From: an uncultured Poribacteria bacterium
Lineage (GTDB): Bacteria > Poribacteria > WGA-4E > WGA-3G
Direction: 5' to 3'
Length of the DNA: 64,000 bases
Assembly: GCA_958296135.2 (NCBI GenBank)
Contig: CATQHZ020000001.1
Coordinates: 672,001 to 736,000 of the forward strand
Every line of letters begins with the position of its first letter. The stretch's first letter is position 1. The translations under genes and the position numbers were made by a program. Positions 10,754-20,273 of this stretch are shown piece by piece. The notes below the pieces were generated by a model. That model was not told where the DNA came from. It did no database searches and saw only the letters and a program-made list of their open reading frames with translations.

Positions 10754-10838
10754 GGGGCTCGGAAACAAAAACCGAAACATCGCAAGCAGTTCTGGCAAAA
10801 AACGTTCGTTGCTAAACGCGCCTTATGTGAGAAAAAAC

Positions 10839-11393
10839 ATGAAAGACACGTTGGTATTTGACGTTAAGGCACTCCTGCACGAGGATTTCAAGGTTTACGA
10901 AGTACTCGTGCCCTGCGAGAATCTCAAACTTGTCTTTGACGAGGCACGATTTATTCGTCCCCTGGCATGCACAATCAGTCTACTCCGCCAGGATGCCGAC
11001 AATTTCTATGTGACAGCGGACATCACCTCCGTGATTTCCGTGCAGTGCGGACGCTGCCTCAACTCGTTTGAGGTTGACGTTGCCACAGAAATCGGCGTGC
11101 TGTTTTGCCCCGGCGAGGCGCCGAAAGAAGCACTCAGCGATGAACGATACTATGATGGGGACACCTTGGATCTTTCCGAAGATGTGCGGCAAGCACTTGT
11201 GCTTGAGGTACCGAGTTGGCCCCTGTGTGCCGAAGACTGCCAAGGACTCTGCTCGCAGTGTGGAGCCGAACTTAATGAAGGCGCGTGTGACTGCGAGATA
11301 ATAGAGGAACCGTCTGTCCCGGCGGCGCGAAATCCATTTGCTGTCCTCGCGCAGATGTTGCCGGGTACCGACGCGGCATCCAACAAAGATTAA
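10839..11393 (+). CDS. yceD: YceD/DUF177 family protein
   Basis: C-RCL and LC-EDCQGLC-QCG-ELN---CDC motifs; lies directly upstream of rpmF, the usual context. Confidence 0.88.
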   Translation: MKDTLVFDVKALLHEDFKVYEVLVPCENLKLVFDEARFIRPLACTISLLRQDADNFYVTADITSVISVQCGRCLNSFEVDVATEIGVLFCPGEAPKEALSDERYYDGDTLDLSEDVRQALVLEVPSWPLCAEDCQGLCSQCGAELNEGACDCEIIEEPSVPAARNPFAVLAQMLPGTDAASNKD

Positions 11394-11401
11394 CCTGCAG
11401 G

Positions 11402-11506
11402 ATAGGCGTAATTTTTGCATAGGCGTAATTTTTGCATAGGCGTAATTTCTGCATAGACGTAATTTCTGCATAGACGTAATTTTGCGCGGTTGCAAACCGC
11501 GCCTAC
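11402..11506. repeat. 17-bp tandem repeat x5 fused to a REP-like palindrome
   Basis: atag(g/a)cgtaattt(t/c)tgc at 11402, 11419, 11436, 11453 and 11470, followed by gcggttgcaaaccgcgcctac. Confidence 0.92.
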
Positions 11507-11541
11507 CGGTTTGTTCTGCTAACTTTTAGGAGGGAACCTTC

Positions 11542-11727
11542 ATGGCGCATCCGAAACGGAGAACGTCTAAATCCAAGAAAAAAATGCGGCGGAGCCATCA
11601 CGCGCTCCTCGAGAAAGCTATCAGCGTTTGTTCCTATTGTGGGGAGATGCTGATCTCCCATCGTGTCTGTTCCGAGTGTGGGTATTACAACGGCAGACCT
11701 GTGCTAAAATCCGCTGAGGATGTCTAA
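11542..11727 (+). CDS. rpmF: 50S ribosomal protein L32
   Basis: MAHPKRRTSKSKK-MRRSH...C--CG----SHRVC-ECGYY-GR; AGGAGG RBS. Confidence 0.97.
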   Translation: MAHPKRRTSKSKKKMRRSHHALLEKAISVCSYCGEMLISHRVCSECGYYNGRPVLKSAEDV

Positions 11728-11793
11728 CCCCGGTTCGGCGGAGACGGGCGATGTGAAGGTCGCCCGGCTTGCCGGCGTGGAAACTACAAATTC

Positions 11794-12795
11794 ATGTCCA
11801 CACAAAAACCTCGATACGCAACGATTACAGGGACAGGTGCCTACCTTCCTGAGAAGGTTGTCACCAATTTTGACCTCGAGCAGATGGTGGATACCAGTGA
11901 CGAGTGGATCCGTCAGCGCACGGGCATTTCGGAGCGGCGCATCGCTGAAGACGACACCGCCACGTCAGACCTCAGTGTCCAAGCCGCCCGCCGCGCCATC
12001 AAACGCGCGCAGATCGATCCGGTTGACATCGAGATGATCCTCGTCGCTACCGTGACACCAGACACCTTTTTTCCGTCAACCGCGTGCTATGTCCAGAAAG
12101 GCATCGGTGCGAAAAACGCATCGGCGATGGATATCTCCGCCGCCTGCGCCGGCTTCCTCTACGGCCTCGATTTGGCGGATGGCTTGATTAAGTCTGGACG
12201 TTATGATACCATTCTTGTCGTCGGCGGTGAAGTTTTCAACAATATCATTGACTGGAAAGATAGAAGTACGTGCGTCCTCTTCGGCGATGGCGCGGGTGCG
12301 GCTGTTGTCCAATCGACTGAAGAACCGAAGGGCATCCTCGCCTCTTACATCGGCTCCGATGGGGATTATGCGGACATTAACCTGCTCGGCATCCCTGCCG
12401 GTGGTTCACGCATGCCGCTGACGGCTGAGGGGCTCGACCGGAAGTTGGACAAAATCCAGATGAATGGCAGGGAAGTGTTCAAACTCGGTGTGCGGCTCAT
12501 GCCAGAGGCGGCGCAGCGCGTTCTTCGGCAAGCAAACGTCACCGTAGAGGAGATAGATCTGCTGATTCCGCATCAAGCGAACCTGCGCATCATTGAGGCA
12601 GTCGGCGACAGACTCGGCGTGCCGCGCGAGAAGGTGTATGTCAACGTTGACAAATACGGGAACACCTCCGCGGCAACAGTAATTATCGCGCTTGACGAAG
12701 CGATTCGCGAAGGCTGCGCCAAACCCGGTGACCTGATTCTGCTCGTAACGTTTGGTGCGGGTGTGACATGGGGCAGCACCCTTCTGCGGTTGTAA
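11794..12795 (+). CDS. fabH: Beta-ketoacyl-ACP synthase III
   Basis: DTSDEWIRQRTGI, AACAGF, PHQANLRII, YGNTSAA (Cys-His-Asn triad). Confidence 0.97.
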   Translation: MSTQKPRYATITGTGAYLPEKVVTNFDLEQMVDTSDEWIRQRTGISERRIAEDDTATSDLSVQAARRAIKRAQIDPVDIEMILVATVTPDTFFPSTACYVQKGIGAKNASAMDISAACAGFLYGLDLADGLIKSGRYDTILVVGGEVFNNIIDWKDRSTCVLFGDGAGAAVVQSTEEPKGILASYIGSDGDYADINLLGIPAGGSRMPLTAEGLDRKLDKIQMNGREVFKLGVRLMPEAAQRVLRQANVTVEEIDLLIPHQANLRIIEAVGDRLGVPREKVYVNVDKYGNTSAATVIIALDEAIREGCAKPGDLILLVTFGAGVTWGSTLLRL

Positions 12796-12799
12796 GAAA

Positions 12800-13735
12800 A
12801 TGACGCAAATCGCCTTTATTTTTCCAGGACAAGGTTCGCAGCAGGTGGGCATGGGCGCGGCACTCGCGCAAGAATATCCGATTGCACGCGCCGTTTTCGA
12901 TGAGGCAGATGCCAGAGTCGGCTCGCGACAGCTCAGCACCCTCTGTTTCCAAGGACCGGCGGCGGCGTTAAAGCAGACAGAAAATACGCAACTCGCTATT
13001 TTGACGTGCAGCGTTGCCACCTTGCGCGTACTTAACCACCTCGGTGTTGTGCCGAAGGCAGTAGCGGGACATAGTTTAGGCGAGTATGCTGCCCTTGTCG
13101 CTGTCGGTGCGCTTGGCTTTTCCGATGCCCTGACGTTAGTGCGCGCGCGGGCGCAAGCGATGGCAGCAGCAGGAGAAAAGCGGAAAGGCACGATGGCCGC
13201 TATCCTCGGCATGGAAGCGGAACGCCTACAAAAATTGTGTGAGGAAGCCGGTGGTATCGTCAACATCGCGAATTACAACTGCCCTGGGCAATTGGTAATT
13301 TCAGGCGAGGTTGATGCTGTCACTCGCGTCGTGGCACTCGCCAGTGCCGAAATTGGCGCGCGCCGATGTCGTCCGTTGCCGGTAAGCGGTGCGTTTCATT
13401 CGCCGTTGATGGAGCCCGCGCAAAAAGAGTTCGGGCCTGTGCTTAACGGTGTGAAGTTGCATCCGCCGCAGTTAGAGGTGGCGATGAACGTGACAGGCGC
13501 GTTCGCCTCGGATGCCGCAGAAATCCAGGGGCTTCTGTTTCGGCAGATAACGGCACCGGTTCAGTGGGAAACATCGCTGCAGACGCTTGCCGCGTCGGGC
13601 ATATCACACTTCGTGGAAGTGGGTCCGGGGAAGGTCTTGTCAGGGCTCGTGAATCGCACAGTACGTGGCAGCGTTGCAGTGAACGTTGAGGATGTTGAAA
13701 GCCTCAAAGGGGCATTGGAAAAGATTCAGGAATAG
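12800..13735 (+). CDS. fabD: Malonyl-CoA-ACP transacylase
   Basis: FPGQGSQ, AGHSLGEY, LPVSGAFHSPLM, EVGPGKVL. Confidence 0.97.
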   Translation: MTQIAFIFPGQGSQQVGMGAALAQEYPIARAVFDEADARVGSRQLSTLCFQGPAAALKQTENTQLAILTCSVATLRVLNHLGVVPKAVAGHSLGEYAALVAVGALGFSDALTLVRARAQAMAAAGEKRKGTMAAILGMEAERLQKLCEEAGGIVNIANYNCPGQLVISGEVDAVTRVVALASAEIGARRCRPLPVSGAFHSPLMEPAQKEFGPVLNGVKLHPPQLEVAMNVTGAFASDAAEIQGLLFRQITAPVQWETSLQTLAASGISHFVEVGPGKVLSGLVNRTVRGSVAVNVEDVESLKGALEKIQE

Positions 13736-13742
13736 ACAAAAG

Positions 13743-14480
13743 ATGTTGACAGGAAAAACCGCAATTGTCACAGGTGCCTCGCGGGGCATCGGTGCTGCGA
13801 TTGCACGCAAGTTGTGCGAAGCCGGCTCAAACGTAGTCATCTGCTCGCGTTCCGATGAGGCAGTCGCCGCTATCGCCGATGCTTTGAATAGCGAGGGATA
13901 CACGGCGATATCCACTGCAGCGGACATCTCCCGAAAAGGGGACGTGGAGGCACTCGTCAAGACGACGCTGGGTAGGTTTTCACAAATCGATATTCTGGTA
14001 AACAACGCCGGGATTACCCGCGATACGCTGCTCATGCGCCTGAAAGATGAGGACTGGGATGCTGTCTTGCAGACGAACCTCACTGGCACGATGTATTGCA
14101 CGCGCGCGGTGCTTCGTCCCATGATTCGTCAGAGAAGCGGCCGGATTATCAACATTTCGTCGGTTATCGGTGTCATGGGCAACCCGGGGCAGGCGAGTTA
14201 CGCCGCCGCGAAGGCAGGCATCCTCGGCTTCACCAAGACTATCGCGAGAGAAGTGGGCGTGCGCGGGATTACCGTCAACGCTATCGCCCCCGGCTTCATT
14301 ACTACCGACATGACGGCACAAATACCGGAACAGCATCAGAACCAACTGCTTGATCTGATTCCGTTGCGGCGTTTTGGTGGCCCCGAAGATGTGGCAGACG
14401 CTGTCTGCTTTTTGGCATCCGATGCCGCACGTTATATCACCGGCCAAACCCTCCACGTTGATGGCGGCATGGTGATGTAG
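13743..14480 (+). CDS. fabG: 3-oxoacyl-ACP reductase
   Basis: TGASRGIG, NNAGITRD, YAAAK, YITGQTLHVDGGM. Confidence 0.97.
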   Translation: MLTGKTAIVTGASRGIGAAIARKLCEAGSNVVICSRSDEAVAAIADALNSEGYTAISTAADISRKGDVEALVKTTLGRFSQIDILVNNAGITRDTLLMRLKDEDWDAVLQTNLTGTMYCTRAVLRPMIRQRSGRIINISSVIGVMGNPGQASYAAAKAGILGFTKTIAREVGVRGITVNAIAPGFITTDMTAQIPEQHQNQLLDLIPLRRFGGPEDVADAVCFLASDAARYITGQTLHVDGGMVM

Positions 14481-14607
14481 CTGAAGAATTACCGGCGGCG
14501 CGGTTTGGAACCGCGCGTGTTACCCCGCGCTTCTAACGCGCACCTACCGGAAAAACAGAGCGGGGCTATATGAAGTTTCAGAATGAAATCGGGCACGTGC
14601 TGTGACG

Positions 14608-14637
14608 GTAAGGGCGGATGTCTATGGTTTCCGCCCG
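14608..14637. repeat. REP-like palindrome, family B (GTAAGGGCGGA...TCCGCCCGT)
   Basis: Related copies at 17684-17711, 42493-42520 and inside panB at 25825-25852. Confidence 0.8.
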
Positions 14638-14728
14638 CCACGATGAACCGAAATGAACCGATGATTTACTGATTCTTCATCAGGCCTCGAGACGCTTGAT
14701 AAATAAGAGAGGAGATTCACAACCGATT

Positions 14729-14962
14729 ATGGCAGCAAATCAGGAACGCCTTATTGAAATTATCGCGCAACAACTCGGTGTTGAGAAGGCTAGCGTTACC
14801 CCAGACGCTTCCTTTATGGAAGACCTCGGGGCAGATTCGCTTGACACCGTGGAGCTAGTGATGGCCCTGGAAGAGGAATTCGATCTTGAAATCCCCGACA
14901 GCGAAGCCGAGAAAATCCAGAATGTTCAAGACGCACTCAAGTATCTTGACGAACATGGGTAG
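14729..14962 (+). CDS. acpP: Acyl carrier protein
   Basis: [20 protein letters not shown] phosphopantetheine motif; GAGGAG RBS. Confidence 0.98.
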   Translation: MAANQERLIEIIAQQLGVEKASVTPDASFMEDLGADSLDTVELVMALEEEFDLEIPDSEAEKIQNVQDALKYLDEHG

Positions 14963-15191
14963 GGCCCCGCAGGGGCATCGCACCTACGCATGTCGGAACC
15001 CGCTGTGGTTCAGTTGTTTGACGCTAGGCCTGACGCAAGCCATCGCGGTAGGCGCGCGTTGTAAGCGCGCTTGAACGACCCGGGACGCGTCAGCCTAACG
15101 TTTCAACCCCATAGCCTGAAACCTCTGTCGTGTGGGAGCTTCGGTTCCCGCACTCGCCTGCCACTGCGCAGTCTTCCAAAGGATCGGTCTC

Positions 15192-16424
15192 GTGGAGCGT
15201 GTAGTTATTACAGGAATCGGCGTTGTCAACGCAATCGGCAACACGAAAAATGAATATTGGGATGCGCTTGCCACCGGTAAAAACGGAATCGGACCTTTAA
15301 CCTATTTTGATGCCACCGATTTTCGCACCCAGATAGCCGGCGAGGTTAAGAATTTCCAGCCTGCTGTGTATATGGATAGAAAAGCGGCCGCTCGATTCCC
15401 GCTTTTCATTCAGTATGCGCTTGCCGCCGCGACCATGGCGCGCGAAGATGCCGGTTTGGTGCTCGATAAACTCGACCCTTACCGTGCCGGTGTCCAAATC
15501 GGTTCCGGTGTCGGCGGCATCGGCGTGCTTGAGGAAAACGCTAGAATCCTGGTCGAAAGGGGCCCTAAGCGCGTCAGCCCTTTCCTCGTGCCGTTCATGA
15601 TTATCAACATGGCGGCGGGGCAAGTCTCTATCCATTTTAACCTCAAGGGCCCGAACTCCGCCTCGGTGACTGCCTGCGCGACAGCGAACCACTCCATCGG
15701 TGAATCGTTTCGCCTCATTCAGCAGGGACATGCCGATGTGATGTTTACCGGCGGTGCTGAGTCTGCGATTACGCCGCTGTCGTTCGCGGGGTTCTGTTCG
15801 ATGCGCGCCATGTCCGCCCGTAACCATGAACCTGAGCGCGCCTCGCGCCCGTTCAACAAAGACCGGGATGGCTTTGTCATGGGCGATGGTGCGGGCATCC
15901 TTATTCTTGAATCCCTGACGCATGCTAAAAAGCGTGGTGCGCATATCTATGCCGAAGTCGCAGGATTCGGGATGACATCCGATGCTCACGACATGGTGAG
16001 TCCGCCTGAAAACGGCGAGGGCGCGGCGAAGGCGATGGAATTCGCACTGCAAGATGCGCAACTCCCGATAGATGCCGTTGACTATATCAACGCGCACGGC
16101 ACCTCTACTCCCATCGGGGATATCGCGGAGACGAACGCCATCAAAACCCTTTTCGGTGCGCGCGCTTACGAGGTTCCCATCAGCTCAACGAAATCGATGG
16201 TTGGGCATTTGCTCGGCGCGGCGGGAGCGGTAGAGCTCATCGCCTGCTTAGGTGGCATGGCGAGAGGCTTCTTGCCGCCCACCATCAACTACGAAGTGCC
16301 GGATGAAGCGTGCGACCTGGACTATGTCCCGAATGAGAGTCGTGATGCAAAAGTAAACGTTGCGCTCTCCAATGCGTTCGGGTTCGGCGGACATAACACC
16401 TCCATCGCCATCCGCAAACTGTAA
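15192..16424 (+). CDS. fabF: Beta-ketoacyl-ACP synthase II
   Basis: [44 protein letters not shown]; GTG start after AAAGGA. Confidence 0.96.
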   Translation: MERVVITGIGVVNAIGNTKNEYWDALATGKNGIGPLTYFDATDFRTQIAGEVKNFQPAVYMDRKAAARFPLFIQYALAAATMAREDAGLVLDKLDPYRAGVQIGSGVGGIGVLEENARILVERGPKRVSPFLVPFMIINMAAGQVSIHFNLKGPNSASVTACATANHSIGESFRLIQQGHADVMFTGGAESAITPLSFAGFCSMRAMSARNHEPERASRPFNKDRDGFVMGDGAGILILESLTHAKKRGAHIYAEVAGFGMTSDAHDMVSPPENGEGAAKAMEFALQDAQLPIDAVDYINAHGTSTPIGDIAETNAIKTLFGARAYEVPISSTKSMVGHLLGAAGAVELIACLGGMARGFLPPTINYEVPDEACDLDYVPNESRDAKVNVALSNAFGFGGHNTSIAIRKL

Positions 16425-16453
16425 AAACGGCTGTCGCCCCTATCCGTTCCGAT

Positions 16454-16480
16454 CGCGAGGGACAGCCCCTCGCGCTACGG
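16454..16480. repeat. REP-like palindrome, family C (cgcgagggacagcccctcgcgctac)
   Basis: Related copies at about 33618-33646, in the 34871-35148 cluster, and inside valS at 63582-63606. Confidence 0.78.
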
Positions 16481-16540
16481 TGAGTAAGGAACGGGAAAGC
16501 AGGATGCAACAACGGCGCATGCGGTTCAGCGGAGAGAGAC

Positions 16541-17086
16541 GTGATTGCACAAGAATGCTTATCGGACGCTTCGCGCCAATACAAAAAACTCGCATACATC
16601 GGCTTCGGTAGCAACATCGGCGACAGACGTGCCTATATCCGCAATGCCCTCCATCGCCTCGCGGCAGTGGAGGGTGTTATCTTGCAAAAGGTCTCCTCCC
16701 TCTACGAAACCGCGCCGGTGGGCTATGAAGAGCAGGGACAGTTTCTCAACGGAGTCGCCGAAGTACAAACGTCTCTCTCTCCGCACTGCCTGCTGCACAC
16801 CTTGAAAGAGATTGAGAGAGCGGTAGGTAGACAACATCGTATCCGCTGGGGTCCGCGCGAAATCGATTTAGATGTGTTAATCTATGGAGATGTGTGTTTG
16901 CGTGAGGAGGGGCTTATCCTTCCACATCCGGAGATGCATCGTCGTCGATTTGTGCTGGTGCCTTTTGCGGAGATTGCGGCGGCGGTTGTGCATCCGGTGT
17001 TGGGGGAGAGTATTGGTGAGTTGCTGGAGGGGGTTGGGGATTGTGCGGGTGTTCGGAAAAGCGCGGATTCTTTCCAAACACCCTGA
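16541..17086 (+). CDS. folK: 2-amino-4-hydroxy-6-hydroxymethyldihydropteridine pyrophosphokinase
   Basis: AYIGFGSNIGD, SSLYETAP, RWGPREIDLDVL, PHPEMHRR-FVLVP. Confidence 0.95.
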   Translation: MIAQECLSDASRQYKKLAYIGFGSNIGDRRAYIRNALHRLAAVEGVILQKVSSLYETAPVGYEEQGQFLNGVAEVQTSLSPHCLLHTLKEIERAVGRQHRIRWGPREIDLDVLIYGDVCLREEGLILPHPEMHRRRFVLVPFAEIAAAVVHPVLGESIGELLEGVGDCAGVRKSADSFQTP

Positions 17087-17124
17087 ATGCAAACCCTTTT
17101 AAATCCTGGCTTCCCTCGCGCGCT

Positions 17125-17535
17125 CTACCACGATGGTTTCTCAAAGAAACCTATCTTGACATAGAGTTTTTTGTACATTACGATGGCATCGGACCCCCAG
17201 CTCTTGCGGATCTCTTCCCGATAACCAGAAGCGTTTCCAGGAAGATGATACACATGAATTTGCTCGGCGTAGTCCTCCCCGAACAAATCCTTTATGTTGT
17301 AATAGATGTTCCTCGCAACTGCCCCAGCTTCGTCGGCGGAAATGCGTCGTTGGAATTCTTCCACGCTGTCGTAAGGTGGGTATTCCATTGAAATCTCAAA
17401 CCAGGGCCAGTCACTTTCGACTAGAACAAGATTGAAATCGCTTGCTGCATCTATAGCCGAAACGAGAGTTTTCACGTATGAGGCCAGTTGGTTTTTGTAA
17501 ATGGCCTCCTGCGTATCCTTCATTGTTCTTGACAT
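17125..17535 (-). CDS. Hypothetical protein
   Basis: ATG at 17535 preceded by a GAGGA RBS and a TTGCGG-17-TATTAT promoter-like sequence; no recognisable motif. Confidence 0.6.
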   Translation of the reverse strand: MSRTMKDTQEAIYKNQLASYVKTLVSAIDAASDFNLVLVESDWPWFEISMEYPPYDSVEEFQRRISADEAGAVARNIYYNIKDLFGEDYAEQIHVYHLPGNASGYREEIRKSWGSDAIVMYKKLYVKIGFFEKPSW

Positions 17536-17731
17536 TGTATTGTCCTCTATTATAATACCCATAGTATGCAAACGCCGCAATGCTTGGGTGTATCGGTTTG
17601 ACGGTTTGTGCAGGCCGATTGCAAGCGACGTTAATGCCTGCTGAACGAATTCCTTTTTCTGAAGGAGTGCGCGCACTACGAGGGTAAGGATGAATTTCTA
17701 TATCCGCCCGTATTGATACCCGTGTGGGCGG

Positions 17732-18763
17732 TTATTCGTCGTTTAGCAACTCATCCATCATTTCGGAAATCTGCCCCAGCCGTGCCTCTTGCATCTCTGA
17801 TGTCCTTTCTGCTTGGGTGATCAAGCTTAGCATGCGACGGAGCAGGAAGGCTTTTTTCTCACCCGGTTCGTCGGAGAAACGAGACCCTAACTCGTCAATG
17901 CTTTTCCGATGCTCCGCAATGCTTTTCCGATGCTCCGCCGCCTTGCGTTCAAGTTCCTTAATAAGTTGATACGCTCTCGCGACCGCATTCTTACCCCATT
18001 TTTCCGCCACAGTCGTCTGAATCCAGTTATCAACTTTATCATTAGAGACAGAGGTGTTGAACCACTTTTTTGTTGACAGTTGGCCCAATTCCTTATTTAA
18101 GAATTTTTCGATTGCCCCATCTCCCAGCGACTGGTCATGGTTTCTACTGAGTCTGGCAACAAAAGTGTCGCATTCAAAATCCTTACGAGACAAAAATAGG
18201 CGAATCTTCACTGCAATGCTCCGATCTACGGAATTAAGGCAATCCACCCTGAGCGTTACAGGACGTTCATCTCCCGGATCAAACTTGTAATCGGGTACGA
18301 GAAAACTCATCCACATACGCGCGCCGTATTTGGAAAGGCGCAACTTCGCCTGAAGAGACTCTAAATCGGTAGTCTCTTTTTTGCGGGTTCCAAAAAGGCC
18401 TCCTAACAGCACGAGAGTGTTCTCCTCAGGAGCTACGTTTGTTCGCCTAGATTCGCTGACTACCCTTAACGCGTTCAACACGCTGTCAAGAACTTCGTGA
18501 TGTTGAACAAGTTTATAGTTGTTGTTTGTAACCGCAGCAACGGGTATACGGATGCTATTCTCGGGATTAACCTCATCCCCGATACCGACTTCACCCAAGG
18601 GATCGCGCGCGATGAGATCTAGGTATTCGTTCACACCCGCACCGATGTGAAAAGGCGATCTCGTGAAAGTTGGAATTTTCAGTCGAAGTTCGCTGATGGG
18701 TCCGGAGTTATCTTTGAACTCGCGACGGAGCCATAAATTTTCGTCGGCCGTTTTAAATGCCAT
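17732..18763 (-). CDS. DUF932/DUF945-like protein with C-terminal coiled coil
   Basis: YKLVQHHEV, GARMWMSF and LNSVDRS resemble the DUF932 Y--VQ, G-R and NS-DGS motifs; AAAGGAG RBS; lower GC than flanks; 21-bp direct repeat (AEHRKSI x2). Confidence 0.6.
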   Translation of the reverse strand: MAFKTADENLWLRREFKDNSGPISELRLKIPTFTRSPFHIGAGVNEYLDLIARDPLGEVGIGDEVNPENSIRIPVAAVTNNNYKLVQHHEVLDSVLNALRVVSESRRTNVAPEENTLVLLGGLFGTRKKETTDLESLQAKLRLSKYGARMWMSFLVPDYKFDPGDERPVTLRVDCLNSVDRSIAVKIRLFLSRKDFECDTFVARLSRNHDQSLGDGAIEKFLNKELGQLSTKKWFNTSVSNDKVDNWIQTTVAEKWGKNAVARAYQLIKELERKAAEHRKSIAEHRKSIDELGSRFSDEPGEKKAFLLRRMLSLITQAERTSEMQEARLGQISEMMDELLNDE

Positions 18764-18897
18764 AACGTCACTCCTTTCCTTGCCGGTTATGGAACCGAAT
18801 TTCTGAGATGTTATTCCAGTTTGCACACCTAGAAGAAAACGGCGGCGTATACCACGTCCGGCTAGATGTGCTTTGATTTGTCACCTGCGTACGTTTA

Positions 18898-18926
18898 ATT
18901 ATACCACAAAATGTATTTGAAGTCAA
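18898..18926 (-). promoter_or_regulatory. Sigma70 promoter for the DUF932-like gene
   Basis: TTGACT-17bp-TATAAT with TGn. Confidence 0.7.
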
Positions 18927-19114
18927 ACTTTTTCCCCGGGAAAATTTCTGAAAATTCATTATGGAGTTTCCCCAGTCCTGATCGAGATTCGTTGTACAAG
19001 TGATTCGGAGATTGCGGTTCCCGGGCAACCGAATGGGATATAGTCGTTTATATAGAGCCAGAACAGGCTAACCTAGAGTTGCAGCGAAACGGTTCTAAGC
19101 TTCTCCGATGTTCA

Positions 19115-19462
19115 CTATTCTATGGACTTCAAGGCATCTTTCACCATTTTTTTTGCGACTGCCTTCATCTGTTTTTCCATCTCTTTCCTATTGCGTTTGT
19201 AAAGCCAAGTAGGAATAAGCGGGCCTGTCCGACGATGATTGTAGATTGCATCTTGTAATTCACGGGAAGCATCAGTTGATTTTTCGGTTTTCGCGCCTCT
19301 TAAGGTATGGGTCCGAGTGCCGCCCCTCAGCAGCAACTTGTCACGAACCCAACCTTCAAATAATGTGAAATGATACCATCCGCGGTCGGAAATGTCAAGT
19401 TTTTTTGCAATTCGCGCCGCTACGCATCTGTCAGCATATCGGCGATGGAGGGTGGCAGACAC
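19115..19462 (-). CDS. Hypothetical basic protein or gene remnant
   Basis: 115-aa ORF overlapping the end of the TPR gene, lower GC, no clear start or RBS. Confidence 0.35.
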   Translation of the reverse strand: MSATLHRRYADRCVAARIAKKLDISDRGWYHFTLFEGWVRDKLLLRGGTRTHTLRGAKTEKSTDASRELQDAIYNHRRTGPLIPTWLYKRNRKEMEKQMKAVAKKMVKDALKSIE

Positions 19463-20088
19463 ACGCCAAACTCCCGTTCAAAGGCCGGCACGTCGCCGAA
19501 CTCGCGCCGGAACTCGGCGACGATATCCAACTTCTTCTTTCCTGCGGTTGCGAAATCAGCGCGGGCGTTCTCCCACTGCTGCAAGCGCAGCCAGACGATG
19601 CCGCGGTGATAGTAGGCGTTGACAGAATTTCCGAGTATCGCCTGACTAAAGTCAGCAATCGCTTTGTCAAAGTCACCGGTGTCGCAGTAAATGAGCCCGC
19701 GATAGGTGTGTGCAGCGGCGTAATAGGGGGAGAGCTCTATCGCGCGGCTACAGTCCTTGAGCGCAAGGTCCACTTCGCCTTTATCGGAATAAGCCAGTCC
19801 GCGATGGTAATAGGCATCGGCAAGATCGGCACGGTTCGGTTCCAGAACCATCACTTTGGTAAAATCCTTGATGGCAAGGTCTAGTTCACCTTTTTTGAAG
19901 TAAGCCAGTCCGCGATAACCATAGGCCCAGCGAAAATCTGGGAAGAGTTCTAGTGCCTTATTAAAGTCCTCAATCGCTCGGACATGCTCGCCTTTCTGGT
20001 AATAAGCCAGCCCGCGATAGACATAGGCTCTAGTGAGCGTATCCTTATCACTCAGACTGAGCGATTTGACTTTATCAGTAGATTTCAT
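19420..20088 (-). CDS. Tetratricopeptide repeat protein
   Basis: About five repeats of AY--RGLAY---G----AI-DF--A. Confidence 0.92.
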   Translation of the reverse strand: MKSTDKVKSLSLSDKDTLTRAYVYRGLAYYQKGEHVRAIEDFNKALELFPDFRWAYGYRGLAYFKKGELDLAIKDFTKVMVLEPNRADLADAYYHRGLAYSDKGEVDLALKDCSRAIELSPYYAAAHTYRGLIYCDTGDFDKAIADFSQAILGNSVNAYYHRGIVWLRLQQWENARADFATAGKKKLDIVAEFRREFGDVPAFEREFGVCLPPSIADMLTDA

Positions 20089-20132
20089 TTTTGTTCACCT
20101 TTGCTCCCTCAAGCGAACTCCGTTAATATCAT

Positions 20133-20250
20133 ATTATACCCTCTCCGAACAGAATTGTCAAGTTTTTGGCAATAAGGCATCCTGATTCAGACAGCAAAGG
20201 CATCGCGTCCTCAATAAAAATTTGCAATCCACCCGCAAATGTGGTATAAT
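20133..20250. promoter_or_regulatory. Divergent sigma70 promoters (TPR gene / sucC operon)
   Basis: Minus strand TTGACA-17-TATAAT at 20161-20133; plus strand TTGCAA-17-TATAAT at 20222-20250. Confidence 0.8.
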
Positions 20251-20273
20251 ATTTTATAAGGAGCATACGTTTC

